Origin: Chiloscyllium plagiosum
Lineage: Eukaryota
Reading direction: 5' to 3'
Assembly: GCF_004010195.1 (NCBI RefSeq)
Contig: NC_057712.1
Location: forward strand, 39,234,395-39,298,394
DNA: 64,000 bases
Notes under the pieces: generated by a model
Told to the model about the DNA's origin: nothing
Databases searched by the model: none
The model's input: the letters and a program-made list of their open reading frames with translations, nothing else
Part shown: one piece after another, positions 13,241-26,990 of the stretch
Numbering within the stretch: the first letter of the stretch is position 1
Layout of the letters: the number at the start of each line of letters is the position of its first letter
Made by a program: the position numbers and the translations under genes

Positions 13241-13844
13241 CTAAGAGAGACAAATAGCTGCATCATGATGTAAATTAGCAAAGCAGCTCTGAGTTCAAGA
13301 CAGAAGCTAGTAACCGAGGGCATAATGCCCAAAATATATGCACCATATCTCTCGGTTCAATCCCTAGAAGAACGATTTGCATTCTTTACAATCACCAAAG
13401 AAATTGAAAGCCCAAAACAAAATGTGGCAAGTTTCAAATAAAAACAAAAAGTGCTGAAAGCATTCAGCAGATTAAGTAGCTGTGAAAGAAGAAACAGAGT
13501 TCATATAACATCAGATTGAAAGGCTGTTGTCATATGAGGAACAGTCCCTTCAGCAGTAAGGATTCAGCCAACATCTGTCTCTGATGATCAGTCAATTCCT
13601 GTTTACAGTCTTCTCTCTGAAGGCCCTTCATCACGCAGATCGTTCAACTGGTATCACCAAATATATTGGCATTTTGCAATAAGCACCCAGCTCTCAAATC
13701 CAAATTTGGATATGTGAACCAGCAAATAGGGCAAACCGTTAGAATGGAATGCAATTTGATTTGATTCATGGGCTCAGCTGGCAAATGCTGAGATAATAAG
13801 GAACAGATGTGTTTGTAGGGTTTTTAAAAAAATTAATTAATTCA

Positions 13845-14790
13845 TGGTATGTTGGTGTTCCTGGGTGGGCCAGCATTTACTGTCCATACCTTGTCGCCAT
13901 TAAGAAGGTGGTGGTGAGCTGCCTTCTTGAACTGCTGCTGTCATTTAGTGTGGAGGGGAGATTCTGAACCAATCTAGGATTCTGAACCAATAACACTGCA
14001 GCATGGTGATATATTTCTAAGTCAGGATGAGGAGTGGCTTAGAAGGGAATTTGTAGGTGGTGATGATCCAATAAATCTGCCATCATTGTCCTTCGAGACA
14101 GCAGTAGTTGTGGGTTTCAAAAATGCTATCTAAGGAACCTTGGTGAATTTCTGCATTGCATCGTATAGATAGTACACACTGCTGTCTCTGAGCTTTGATG
14201 GTGGAGATAGTGAATGTTTGTGGAAGTGATGCCAATCAAATTGACTGCTTTGTCTTGAATGGTATTAAGTTTCTTGAGTGTGCTGGAACTGCACTTATCC
14301 AGCTGACATGTGCTTTGTTGTTGGGGATAGACTCTGGGGAGTCAGGAGGGGAATTACTCACTGCAGTATTCTAGCCTCTGACCTGCAGTTATAGCCACAG
14401 TATGTATATGGCGAGTTCAGTTCAGATTCTGCTTAATGGTAACCTCTCGGATGTTGACAGTTGAGGCTTCAGTGATAGCAATGCCATTGAATGTCAGTAA
14501 GCAATGGTTCGATTCTCCCTTTTTGAAGAAGGCCATTGCCAAAGCCCTTTTGTGGGACAAATGTTGTTTGCCATTTGTCAGTCCAAATCTGAACAATGTC
14601 TAGGTGTTGCTGCATTTGAACATGTATGAGGAGTCATGAAAGGTACTGAACATTTTGTATGCATGAATAAACATCCCCACTTCTGACCTTATGCTGAAGA
14701 AAAGATCATTAATGAAGCAACTAAAGATGGATGGGTCTAGGACACTAGCCTGAAAAACTTAGACAGAAGTGTGCTAGAGCTGAGCTGACA
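13845..14790 (-). mobile_element. Old CR1/L2-clade LINE 3' fragment
   Basis: Decayed RT C-terminal sequence; the tail resembles that of the Deu-type SINE relics. A related relic flanks the Rex1 element. Confidence 0.55.
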
Positions 14791-14985
14791 GACTGCCAAT
14801 ATAATAAAGAAAGACAATTAGGACAAACTCAGAATAAGATTTAGTTTCATAAAATGAGATCACTCAACAGTTCAAGAGTGAACTCACAACATGATTCTTT
14901 CTATTTGTCAGGCTGTCTCTGCATATTTGTCAGCACATATGCCAACATTTTATTTCAATCCAATATAGATTGTTTTATTGCTTAC

Positions 14986-15124
14986 CCCACTGGCTGTCCG
15001 GATGGGTTTTGCTTTCAGTTTTGGTATTAGCACTTTTTTGTACTGAGGGGGCACAGCTGCAATGATGTCCACAAGACGAGGTTGTGAAGTCAGTCCATAC
15101 TTGGATGAAGTTTTTGTTTTCACT
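14986..15124 (-). CDS. ELP3: ELP3 coding exon 3 (139 nt; [46 protein letters not shown])
   Basis: Polypyrimidine tract and aag acceptor, GTAAGC donor. Near-identical to vertebrate ELP3. Confidence 0.98.
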
Positions 15125-15447
15125 CTTTTAAAAAAAAGAGAGCAAGGGTCAAACATTAAAAGATAGATAGCACATAAACAATAGGTAGGAATCTCAAACT
15201 AGCAGCACCCAATTTCATTGGATCCAGATCAATCGGTAGCTAGAGACAGGCATTCCAAAGCTGTCAGACTGGGACTCTAACTTGCTGTCCCTGCAGGATA
15301 CCAATTCACAATCTGACATCACTGCTAGAAAGAGCCTGGGATTCAACTGCCCACTGTTCAATAATCTCTTCATCAGCATTGCTTTCTCTACTGTTACAAT
15401 TTCTGATAGTATGATCCTGATTCTAAGATCCAAGCTCCCCTCTATGA

Positions 15448-15664
15448 TCTAGGAAAAAAATGATGACACCAGATGCTGGAGATCAAAGTTGAGAGTGTGG
15501 TGCTGGAAAAGCACAACAGCTCAGGCAGCATCTGAGGAGCAGGAGAATCAACATTTTGGGCATAATTTTGGATTCCTGACGAAGGGCTTATGCCTAAAAC
15601 ATCAATTATCCTGCTCCTTGGGTGCTGCCTGACCTACTGTGCTTTTCCAGCACCACACTCTCGA
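15448..15664. mobile_element. Short palindromic Penelope-derived element with a decayed hammerhead core
   Basis: 13-bp TSD CTCCCCTCTATGA (15435-15447, 15665-15677); inverted arms; CTGACGA-AGGGCTTATGCCT-AAAAC. Confidence 0.8.
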
Positions 15665-15937
15665 CTCCCCTCTATGAACTCTTGAGCATATCCAATTTTA
15701 ATTGCTGCACGACTGCTAGTCATGTCTTCAGTTGCCTGGGTATTAAAGTCTGGAATCCCTTCCTCAGACTCCTTCCTTTAAAACGTTCCTTAAAACCCAA
15801 CCCTGAGCAAGCTTTTGGTCACCTCTACCAATATTTCCTTCTGCGTCTCAGTGTTACTTCATCCGTTTACATTCCTGTGAAGTGCCCTGGGATGTTTCAC
15901 TGCATTAAAGGCGCTATGAAAATACAAGTTTTCATTT

Positions 15938-16170
15938 AAATTCATTCATGGGATGTGGGCATCACTGACTAGATCAGCATTTATTGCTCATCCTTATTTG
16001 CTCAGAGGGCAGTTCAAAGTCAACCACATTGACGTGGGTCTGGAGTCACATGTAGGCCAGAACAGGTAAGGATGGTACTTTCTTTCCCTACAGGACATTA
16101 GCGAACATTACGGTTTTTCTTGACAATTGATAATGGTTTCATGATCATTGTTAGACTCCTAATTTCAGGT
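15938..16170 (-). mobile_element. Deu-domain-type (SacSINE1-like) SINE relic
   Basis: GTCAACCACATTG..GTGGGTCTGGAGTCACATGTAGGCCAG..GGTAAGGATGG; homologous to 26670-26990 in the opposite orientation. Family name recalled from memory. Confidence 0.55.
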
Positions 16171-17544
16171 TAGGAATGTGATGCGCTTTATTGCGGTATA
16201 CAGAGTACGACCAGGGGTAGATTATTTAAGTTTTGCAGCAAGAACACAGTTTTAATTAAGAAAATAAGTTGAAAAATTAAGCAGCACAGATTGGTACAAC
16301 ACTGATCAGCCATGATCTCACTGAATGGTGAATCTGGCTCAAGGGGCTGAATGGCCTACTCTTGTTCCTATGCACCAATAGCCAGGACTGCACAAGAATA
16401 TCTCAGACGATCTTCCTAACTTCAAGGTTCATGACCCAATACCTCCCTCATAACTTCACACTAAGGGATGGTGTCACTCCTGGGTATCAAGAATTCAGAA
16501 TTTTTCTAATAATCAGTCTCTGCATGTACTGGATCTATTTGATATTCTTTTAAACCCATGTGTAGTATTTCAATCTGATCCATTCACTGACTATGTGCAG
16601 TAATGATATCTGTTCTCCACCACTCTGTGGTTTAACATTCCACTTTAGACATGGCTACTTGTACTGGACTGAACACCACAAGCAACGCATCAGTAAAAAA
16701 ATATCATTTCTAACTGTGTCTTAACAGACTATATACCTATATTTTAGTGTCTGACAGTAGGAAGAAAAGTTAGTATTAGATATCTGTCCTGGAATTTTGA
16801 TGGCCTGTTTGCCTGTCGAGGGAAACCATTGAAATTAGCACAGGTGAAGGTCATAGGGGCATCTCCAGTTAGCTACAGACTGGTTCCCCAATGTAGACAT
16901 GATCCTCAATGAAAATAAATAATTTGCTTCAAAAATCTATTTCCTGACTTTATAAATCTGTCTGAATCAGATCAGGTCAGGTCCCAGGAAAGCAGACCAC
17001 CTGCATTTTTTGGATGATGCTTGCTGTTAGTTGAAAATGTGCAATTTGACATGGATATGTTAACCCTAGCTTTGCACTTATGAACAAAACACTGCAGGGA
17101 TGAAGCCTTGCCTTAGTTCATTCAACAACAAATGTTTATATAGAGAAATGTCCCTAGGAGGGAAATCAGAGAAACGAGAAAAAAAAATCAACATTTGAAG
17201 TGTATACATAGGGGAGGAATGTAATAGAATTAGTGCACAGAAAATGAGCATCCTACCACTCTGGCAGTAAACCACATTACAGTTCCTTTTTGTTTTCCTG
17301 ACAATATTGATGATTTTGACAATACTCATGGCACAGTTTACATCTGATAATCCAAAGCTATTTCACCGTTTAAAAAATAACCAACAGATTTTAATTATCT
17401 AATCATTTCAATTGAACAACAAAGCGCTCAGCATAGACAAAATTAAGCAGTAAAGAGTTTCAACTGCAATGCTGAATTACAATAAAGAAATTGGATGTGG
17501 TAGACAGGGAGAATTCTTTCCTCTGACTGGCTGAGTCCAGAACA

Positions 17545-18350
17545 TAAAATCATAAGTTACAAGCAGAAACAGGCACCTTTGCCTGTCGAGCCTGCTCCAT
17601 CATCCAAACAGATCATGACTGATGTGGCGGTAAACTCAACTCCACATTTCCACCTCCAATCACCTTTATCCTTCTTGCTTACTAAGAATATATCTACCTC
17701 TCACTTATAAATAATCCAAATACTCTGCTTCCACTACCTTAAGAAGAAGGGTGCTTCAAACACACAAACCTCAGAAAAAAAGTCTTATCTTTATCTTAAA
17801 TGGTTAAGCCTTTGTAAAAAACCAGTGACTCAACATGCACTCTGCCAAGACCCCTCAGGATCTTATATGTTTGTCTTTTACCTTTCTAAACTCCAAAACA
17901 TACAGGTCTAGTCTGTCCAACCTTTCCTCATTAGGCAACTAACCCCATTCTTCTATTAGTTTAATAAACTTTTGCTGAACGGCTTCCAATGTATTTATAT
18001 CCTTACTTAAATAAGAAGAACAACATAGTATTCAGTACTCAAGATGAGGCTCCATCAATAACTGAAACATAATGTTCACAATATTGTATTCTATTCCCCA
18101 TATGATAAATGATAACATTCTATTGGCTTGCCTAATTAATTGCCCTACCCACACACTAGCCTTTTGCAATTCATGCACAAGGACGTTTGGATCCCTCTGC
18201 TATTTCTCACCATATGCTTCTTTTGTATTGTTCTTGCCAAGATGGACAATTTACATTTTCTCACATTATAGCCCATCTGCCAGATCTTTACCCATTTACA
18301 AAACCTATCTATACCCCTTTGTAGCTTCGATATATCATCTTTACAACTTA
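17545..18350 (-). mobile_element. Old CR1 3' fragment in ELP3 intron 2
   Basis: Decayed reverse-complement CR1 3' ORF2 and tail. Confidence 0.65.
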
Positions 18351-18389
18351 CTTTCCTACTTTCATAAGCATTTTAGCACAAATACCTAC

Positions 18390-18489
18390 TTGTTAAGGTT
18401 AACATCCTTCCCCTGTTCATGAGCTTCAATCAGCTGCTTGAGGACATCGGCAATTGTCATCATCATCCGCTCAGCATGGCTGAACTCCA
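18390..18489 (-). CDS. ELP3: ELP3 coding exon 2 (100 nt; [34 protein letters not shown])
   Basis: ttttacag acceptor, GTAGGT donor. The translation matches the ELP3 [21 protein letters not shown] stretch. Confidence 0.97.
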
Positions 18490-19019
18490 CTGTAAAAGGT
18501 CAAATGTTAAGACATTTCACACAGCTGTAATCAGACTGAAATGTACCAGGCGCTAAAGGATGACATCGCAGGACAGGTAACCAGAAGCCAAGTCAAAAAA
18601 GGGTCTAATGGAAGAAAGATACGTAGGCAGGTTAAGACCTTTCAAAGAGGGACTTCCAGAGCTTAGGTATCAAGATAGCTGAAGATTAGGTCGCCAATGA
18701 GTGATTAAAAGAATTGCCAAGGGGTTGCTTAAGTGTTTGTGTAGTTGGGGAAGATTATAGGGTGGAGAAAGTTACAGAAACAGAGAGGGGAAAGATTATG
18801 CTTGAGGATTTTAAACTGGAGAGGTTGGGGACATTGTCTCCCAGCCTACTAATCATAAGGGTTATTCGTGAGCAGCACGTGACCGAGTTCAGGACAAGAA
18901 CCGGATAACTAAACTTTATCCAAAGTTGAAGATGGGAGGCTAGTCAGACAAACACGAGAGTAGTCAGGTCTAGTGAAAATAATAGCATGCATCAGAGTTC
19001 AGTAGCAGGTGTAGTAGTA

Positions 19020-19327
19020 GGGTGGCACAGTGGCTCAGTGGTTAGCACTGCTGCCTCACAGCACCAGGGTCCCAGGTTTAATTCCAGCCTCGGGCAACTG
19101 TCTGTGTGGAGTTTGCACATTCTCCCCATGTCTGCGTGGGTTTCCTCCGGTTTCCTCCCACAGGTCCAAAGATGGGCAGGTCAGGTGAATTGTCCATGCT
19201 AAATTCCCCACAGTGTTAGGTGCATTAGCCAGAGGGAAATGGGACTGGTTGGGTTACTCTTCGGAGGGTCGGTGTGGATTTGTTGGGCCGAAGGGCCTGT
19301 TTCCACACTCTAGGGAATCTAATCTAA
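19020..19327 (+). mobile_element. Full-length HE1-like SINE
   Basis: TGGCTCAGTGG A box, GGTTTAATTCC B box, V domain, AATCTAATCTAA tail. Confidence 0.9.
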
Positions 19328-19999
19328 TAACTTCAGAGGACAGAATGAACTGAGCTGGGTGTAGAGTTTGATGATATTATGAAATTGGAAATAGGCAGAC
19401 TTTGCCACAGGGAAGATATTGGAAACAGCCTGGTTTTAAAGGATGGGAAGGAAGGTTGCAAATGGATTCATCAACCTGAGAAACACTGGATAAGGGCATG
19501 AAACTGATTATAAAGAGTATGGGGATTTGAGTAGATTGAAATCATGGCTTGACCAGCATGCAGATGAGGAAGAGTCTAACATCAAAAGTTCGGACAGTCT
19601 AAAGGTTAAGTGCAGTTGTAGGAAAAGAGATATCGCTCATAATGCTGTGGCTACCACTGCACAGCGGAACCAAGTAGAGGCAGTCCCTCTGAGCCAGACT
19701 AAAGAAGGAAGGCATTAGCGACATGTTTGGAGACAAACTAAGTATAAGGAGTAATGATACACCATAACCATAATTAGAGGAAAAAATGCACTTATATTGC
19801 ATCTTTCAAGACCTCTCAAGACATTACAAAATTATTCAGCATCAATGAAATACTTTTATAATGCAAAATCCCATAAACAACTGTGAGGTAAATGACCAGA
19901 TCATCTGTTTAATGGATTGGTTGAGGTATAAATGTTGGTCAGGACATCGAGGAAAACTTTGATAAAGTATCAAAGGAGCTTGTACAGATGCCTTTTCTC

Positions 20000-20505
20000 C
20001 GGTCTCCCTCCTATCGGAAGGATGTTGTGAAACTTGAAAGGGTTCAGAAAATTACAAGGATGTTGCCAGGGCTGGAGGGTTTGAGCTCTTGGGAGAGACT
20101 GAATAGACTGGAGCCATTTCCCTGGAGCTTTGAAGGCTGAAGAAGGACCTTATAGAGGTTTATAAAATCATGAGGGGCATGGATAGTGTAAATTGACAAC
20201 ATTGTTTCCCCTGGGGTGGGGGAGTCCAGAACTAGACAGCATGGGCTTAGCATGAGAGGAGAAAATTTTAAAAGGAACCCAAGGGCAACCTTTTAACAGA
20301 GGCTGGTGCGTGTGTGGAATAAGTGATGGAGACTGTTACAATTATACAGCATTTAAAAGGCATCTTGATGTGTATATGAATAGGAAGGGCTTAGAGGGAT
20401 ACGGGCCAAGTGCTGGAGAATGGAACTAGATTAATTTAGGATATCTGGTCAGCGTGGATGAGTTGGACTGAAAGGTCTGCTTCTATGCTGTAAATCTCTA
20501 TGACA
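20000..20505 (+). mobile_element. CR1 3' fragment
   Basis: Same 3' end as the other CR1 copies (...ctatgctgtaaatctctatgac). Confidence 0.88.
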
Positions 20506-21004
20506 GTGTTGTGGCAGCAGGTTTAATCATAGCTTTCAAAAGAAAGCAACAGCTGTTCTCCCTTACTTTTGGAAATACCTTCTCTATATCTACTCTATCA
20601 AACTGGATCATAATTTATGGATCTATAACAGGTTACCCCTCGCCTTCTCTTCCCTAAAAAACTCAATCCTGTTCAGTCTTTCCTCCAGGTTCTCAGTTCT
20701 GTAATTATTGTCGTGAGTCCTTTTTATTACCCTTTTTTAAGATACGGTGCAAAAATCACCGTATCTTTTCTATAACATGGGCACTGCAAGTTGACATGAC
20801 AAAATTCTTATTTCAGCTGCTCAGTCCAATTGAAGATAACTACCAGAAAGAAAACTAAAGGTGCTTTTGGACATCTTTGCTTGTTCATTAATAATATGGA
20901 GATTGAGGAGGCTCTCTGACTGAGAGGCGGTGTGTGCCTTATACAACCTCCAGAAATAAAATGACAATCTGGAAAATGAAAACATTTCAAAATAACAAAC
21001 CAAC

Positions 21005-21026
21005 CTTTCTTACGCGGCTTCCCCAT
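21005..21026 (-). CDS. ELP3: ELP3 coding exon 1 (MGKPRKK + 1 nt)
   Basis: ATG GGG AAG CCG CGT AAG AAA G|GTTGGT. The phase-1 donor joins exon 2 in frame. Resembles the basic N-terminus of vertebrate ELP3 and lies beside a CpG-rich promoter. Confidence 0.88.
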
Positions 21027-21029
21027 GCT

Positions 21030-21300
21030 TCAATATTTAAGCAGCTGCCGGAAGTCAGGAGCTCACTGCACGGCACTGACGTGAAATCAACGACAGAGTG
21101 TCGCAAAACGGACGCAGTCCGGAGCGAAACAACTGTGGGTCACGTGACCGGACGGACGCGATCAGGTCAGGGCTATGGCAACGGGGGCGTGGTATGCTGT
21201 GAGGGAGCGGGGCGTGCTATGAGGGGGCGGGGCGTGGTATGATGTGAGGGGGCGGGGCGTGGTATGATGTGAGGGGGCGGGGCGTGCTGTGAGGGGCAGA
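21030..21300. promoter_or_regulatory. ELP3 CpG-rich promoter: ETS site CCGGAAGT (21048-21055), CRE/ATF-like TGACGTGA (21077-21084), palindromic E-box GGTCACGTGACC (21138-21149), tandem GC boxes
   Basis: Local CpG enrichment directly upstream of the ELP3 ATG. Motifs read directly from the sequence; factor binding is inferred. Confidence 0.75.
21184..21298. repeat. GC-box minisatellite, about 20-25 bp unit (GGGGCGGGGCGTGGTATGATGTGAG), about 5 copies
   Basis: Tandem copies directly visible. Confidence 0.9.
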
Positions 21301-22376
21301 GCTTGATTTGAATTGTGGGAGACTGGACTACCTCCTATACCTGTGTCTTTCCTTGGAGAATATAGTTTTAATGAACCTGTTCGGAGATGTTTTTACACAT
21401 TTCTGGAGCAGGTGGGACTTGAACTCTGGCCTCCCGGTGCAGGCGTAGGGACACAACCATTTCTCTGTTTTCTAAGTGCAGTCTCACTAGCACATTGTAT
21501 AGTTTTAGCAATTTTTCTCTATTTTAGTATTCTATTTGCTTTGAAAAATGATCATCAGTCCATTTATCTTCCTATCTGCTGAATTTGGATGATTTATGCG
21601 AGTGACTTCCAAGTTCCAGTGCAGTCTTTCTCTATTTAAATAATATTCAGTCTTCTATTCTTCCTGCCAAAGAGCAACCCCTCACCGCATTATATTCCAT
21701 CTGGCATCGTCACAACTTGCCTCCCCATTTATTTTTGTGCCATCTGCAAACTTATATTATATTTTAAACATTAGAATTTTGCCTGAATACTTACTGACCT
21801 GGCTTTAAGAAGGACACAAATGTTTCACAGTCCTCCTACTAGGTGGAGCAGAGATCTTGCTGATGGAATTTGCCGAGTGTATTTCTGTGTCACATTTGCA
21901 TCGTCCAGGTCTCATTGCAATACAGGAGTGTGATTACAATAACTATGTATTTTCTGTGACTTTTGCTGGCTTGAAGAATTCTTTGTTAACATATTCAGAG
22001 AAAGTAGAGTTGGAGTAGTTGTGGATCTCCTCATCAATGATGGCCTTTTGAGAGAGGTGGCTGCCATGTTAGGGGAAGTGGTCAACATATTCGAGAGTAT
22101 CTACTCCAGCAGAAACTACACGACAAATACACACCAGAAGCTGTGAAGCACCAAAGTTGTAAAAGGACCTGTAGGAATACAAGTCCTTATTTCTTCTCAT
22201 TATGAAGCAAATGACTTTCCCGTCTAAGATCAAGGTGCTTTTTGAAAACAGCATATTATAGCACAATTAGGCAATTTGCCTCTTCAAGTCTGTTCAATCA
22301 TTCAGTGAAATTACAGTGAACATTTGAGGTCCCCAACTCTGGTCTCTGCAGGATACTGCAAGTCACATCAAGAATA

Positions 22377-23260
22377 TTAAGACCATAAGACATAGGAGCG
22401 GAAGTAAGGCCATTCGGCCCATCGTGTCCACTCCGCCATGGCTGATGGGCATTTCAACTCCACTTACCTGCATTCTCCCTGTAGCCCTTAATTCCTTATG
22501 ACATCAAGAATTTATCAGTTTCTGCCTTGAAGACATTTAGTGTCCCAGCCTCCACTGCACTCTGTGGCAATGAATTCCACAGGCCCACCACTCTCTGGCT
22601 GAAGAAATGTCTCTGCATCTCTGTTCTGAATTTACCCCCTCTAATTCTAAGGCTGTGTCCACGGGTCCTAGTCTCTTCGCCTAACGGAAACAATTTCCTA
22701 GCGTCCACCCTCTCCAAGCCATGTATTATCTTGTAAGTTTCTATTAGATCTCCCCTTAATCTTCTAAACTCCAAGGAATACAATCCCAGGATCCTCAGCC
22801 GTTCCTCATATGTTAGACCACCCATTTCAGGGATCGTTTAGAAAGTAATCCATGCTTCTATTCTTTTTCCCAAAGTGCAAGACCTCGCATTTGCTCACAT
22901 TGAATTCCATCAACCATTTCCTGGACCACTCCTCCAAACTGTCTGGATCCTTCTGCAGCCTCCCCACTTCCTCAGTACTACCTGCCTGTCCACCTAACTT
23001 TGTATCATCGGCAAACTTCGCTAGAATGCCCTCAGTCCCTTCATCCAGATCATTAATATATAATGTGAACAGCTGCGGCCCCAACACTGAACCCTGCGGG
23101 ACACCACTTCTCACCGGCTGCCATTCCGAATAAGAACCTTTTATCCCAACTCTCTGCCTTCTGTCAGACAGCCAATCCTCAATCCACATCAGTAGCTCAC
23201 CTCAAACACCATGGACCCTCACCTTGCTCAGCAGCCTCCCGTGTGGCACCTTATCAAAGG
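22377..23260 (-). mobile_element. CR1 LINE 3' part of a second, well-preserved subfamily, with internal deletions
   Basis: GVPQGSVLGPQLFTLYINDL...FADDTKL and RRLRGDLIETYKI; distinct ...tatgtcttatggtctta tail. Confidence 0.9.
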
Positions 23261-23435
23261 CAACTCTGGTCTCTGTGCCTATTGTATCTGTGCCTCTTGC
23301 ATTTTAGCCAATTTCCTAAATAAGTCAATACTTTACCTACCATTAACTCCAAGTTTAGTTAGTAGTTTCATAAGATGGGCTTTATCAAACACCTTCTGGA
23401 AGTCTTTAACAAAAATATTCATAGATGCGGCATAG

Positions 23436-23750
23436 GAGCGGCACAGTGGTGGGGCAGCACGGTGGCTCAGTGGTTAGCACTGCTGCCTCACAGCACCAGG
23501 GATCCCAGGTTAAATTCCAGCTTCGGACAACTGTCTGTGTGGAGTTTGCACATTCTCCCCGTGTCTGCGTGGGTTTGCTCCAGTCTCCTCCCACAGTCCA
23601 AAGATGTGCAAGTTAGATGAATTGTTAAATTGCCCGTAGTGTTAGGTGCATTAGGCAGAGGGAAATGGGTCTGGGTGGGTTACTCTTTGGAGGGTCGGTG
23701 TGGGCTTGTTGAGCCGAAGGATCTGTTTCCACACTGTAGGGAATATAATC
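23436..23750 (+). mobile_element. HE1-like SINE with a partly duplicated head
   Basis: A and B boxes and V domain as in the other copies. Confidence 0.87.
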
Positions 23751-24392
23751 ATGATCCACATACACCTTCATTCACCTCTCCAACAAATTCATTTAGGTTT
23801 CTCAGGCAATACCAATCTTGTACAAATCTGTGCTGTGTCTCCGATCTGCTGAAAATTTTAATATGTTTGACAACTTTGTCTTAACTGTAGATTTGCCAAC
23901 ACCAATTGTTGGAAAGCTGTTCTAGAAATCCCTGGATTTCCTTGCTCATCTTCCTTTAATAACAGAATAACACAATACTAAAATAGGAAGTTGTAATCCT
24001 TAATTCAGGGAAAAGCAGATGTGAATAGAGGACACAAAAGTTGCAGGATAGTTTTGATGAGGCTAGCTAATTGGTCTTAAATGATCTTATAATATTATTA
24101 AAATAATTTACGAAATACGATGTCAGTGGAAAGGCCTTGATGGTGAACACCTATCTTAAACTGCTGTACTTCTTGGGGTCAAGATACCATATTGCTGTTA
24201 ACAGGGGAGTTTCTGGGGATTTTGACCAAGTGACAACGAAGGAAGAGAATATGGTTCCAAATTCAGATTGTGTGTGGAATTTACAAGAGGTAGCATTCCC
24301 ATGTGTCTGCAGCCCTTATCCTTCCAGGTGGAGTTTGGCAGGTACTGTCAAAGGATTCTCTGATTTGCTGCAGTGCACATTGGTGCCATCAT

Positions 24393-26312
24393 ATGCTGTT
24401 AGTGGAGTAAGCAAGTGTGTGGAGGACTGCATACCAAGGGAGACAATCAGGACATACAGAACCTGCGAAAAACCAGGCTTGAGGCCTTCAGATCAGGAGA
24501 CCCACTCAAATATAAGGAATCCAAGTATGACCTTTGCAGAGCCATTAAGACAGCCAAGGACCAATACCAATTCAAACTAGAGACCCAGACAGACACCCGG
24601 CGGATATGGCAAGGACTGAATGACATCACAGGTTCTAAAAAGAGACAGTGCAAGATAGCATATGATGACATATCCCTTCCAAATTGTCTCAACATCTTCT
24701 ATGCTCGCTTTGAGCAGAATTTCAGTGGAGAGGTGACACTTATTCCAACAGGTTCTGACGAACCTATCCCAACAGTCACTGCGTCAGAGGTCAGATCAGG
24801 TTTCCTTCATGTGAATCCAAGGAAAGCAATGGGACCAGACGGAGTACCAGGCCGTGCACTCAGAGCATGTGCAGATCAATTGGCAGAGGTCTTCTCGGAT
24901 ATCGTCAACCTCTCTCTGCAGCAGGCCACTGTCCCTGCCTGTTTCAAGAGGGCCAACATCATCCTGTGCCTACGAAGGCTCATGCAGCATGTCTCAATGA
25001 CTACCACCCAGCGGCCCTAACTTCGGTGGTCACGAAGTGCTTTGAAAGGCTACTCATGACATTAATCAACTCCAGCCTCCCCACTATTCTTGACCCACTC
25101 CAATTTGCCTATCGGACCAAAAGATCCACGTCAGATGCCGTATTGCTTGCCCTTCACTCCTCCCTGGAACATCTTGACACCAAGAACAGCTATGTAAGAA
25201 TCCTACTCATTGACTACAGTTCAGCCTTCGAACCTATTATCCCCTCGAAACTGATTGATTACTAAATGTAGTGATCTCTGACTAAGCTCCACTCTCTGCA
25301 ACTGGATCCTCAGTTTCCTGATCCACTGGCCACATACAGTGAAGATTGGGGACAATATTTCATCCTCACGAACACTCAACACGGAGGCACCAAGGGGTAT
25401 GTACTCAGCCCCCTATTGTACTCATGGTATACCCATCACTACGTCACCAAATACCAGACTAATGCCAGTTACAAGTTCACTGAAGACACCACCATAGTCG
25501 GTTGAATCTCAGATGGCAATGAAACAGACTACAGACAGGAGGTGGAAGACTTAGAAAAATGGTGCACTGAGAACAACTTAGCTCTCAATGTCAGCAAAAC
25601 CAAGGACCTCATTATTAGCTTTCTGTGGGATGTTACTCATGTCCCCCTACACATTAACAGCACAGAGATGGAACGAGTGGAGAGTGTTAAACTCCTGGGA
25701 GTGATCATCCACAACAAGCTTTCTTGGACTCTCCATATGGTTACAAATGCCGAACAACATCTCTTCTTCCTCAGACAGTTGAGGAAATTTGCCAACTTTT
25801 ATAGGTGCGCCATCAAGAGCATTCTGTCTGGATGTATCGCTACCTGGTATGGCAACTGTACCATTCAAGATCGGAGACGGTTACAGGAAGTGGTGAACTC
25901 CGCCCGGATAAACACAGATGCCAACCCCCCATCTATAGAATCCATCTAACAAGCCCACTGTCAAGGAAAAGCCACCAGCATTTTCAAAGATCCATCTCAC
26001 CCTGGCAATGTTTTTTTACAACCTCTACCATCGGGGAGAAGGTACAGAAGCCTGAACACACACACACACACACACACACACCAGCTGGTTTCGTAACAGT
26101 TTCTACCCTACTGTTGTTAGAATACTGAATGGACCCACAAACTCTTAACATTCGCCTGTACCTGTGTTTTTGTTTTTGCCGCTATTACCTATTATTTACT
26201 ATCTATGCTACTTAACTCTGATCTGACTGTATTGTTCGCAAGACAAAGCTTTTCACTGTGCCTCGGTACACGTGACAATAAATTCAATTCAATTCAAATG
26301 AATTCAATTCAA
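24393..26312 (+). mobile_element. Rex1/Babar-type non-LTR retrotransposon (5'-truncated, frameshifted)
   Basis: VNPRKAMGPDGVPGRALRACADQLAEVF, LDPLQFAYR, DYSSAF, LFFLRQLRKF; AATAAA followed by an (ATTCA)n tail; internal (CA)n at about 26056-26081. Confidence 0.88.
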
Positions 26313-26669
26313 TAAATGGTTGATGAGGTTGTGTTTGGAGTGTCAATTGAAATAGCTACCATTTCCTGGATTGTATCAAGTATCCTGAGTATTGTTGGAA
26401 CCGCAGTCATCCAGGCAAGTAAAGAATATTCAATCACACTCCAAAATTGTGCCCTAGGTGGAAAGGGTTGGAGAAAACAGGAGGTTAAATTATGCAGTTT
26501 ACTCAATAGGAAGAACTTAACCTTTTAAAACTTATGCAAACTCATTTTTTTTACAAACATGTAAACAGAAGAACCAAACATTATCCAACATTTCTTTTTG
26601 GAACCAATCCTGTGGGTCATTGTGATAGTTTATCTTTGCTTTGACACAATTTAGGTTTGGTGGGGTTAA

Positions 26670-26990
26670 TGGGATAATAATCCAGAGAATAGTAGTTCAA
26701 ATCCTACTATAGCACTTTAAGTATTTTAGTTTAGTTTAATCATATGGAAATAAAGAAGTAGTTTGGCTAAAAGTGTCCATGAAGTTGAACTGTTACTAAA
26801 ATCCAATTGGTTCAATGTCTTTAAGGGAAGGAAAACTGCTATTCTTACTTGGCTAGTTTATATGGGGCTCCAGTCTCATATCTGTGCAATGATTCTTAAC
26901 TGCCCTTTTAAATGATTCAGAGTTTTGTCAAAGCAGTTTAATTAGGAATGAGCAATAAATGTTGTTCTTACCCCAAGTCTGCATGTTCCA
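26670..26990 (+). mobile_element. Deu-domain-type SINE relic (highly decayed)
   Basis: GTTCAAATCC B-box-like sequence; TTTAAGGGAAGGAAAACTGCTATTCTTACTTGG...TCTTAACTGCCCT core. Confidence 0.55.
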
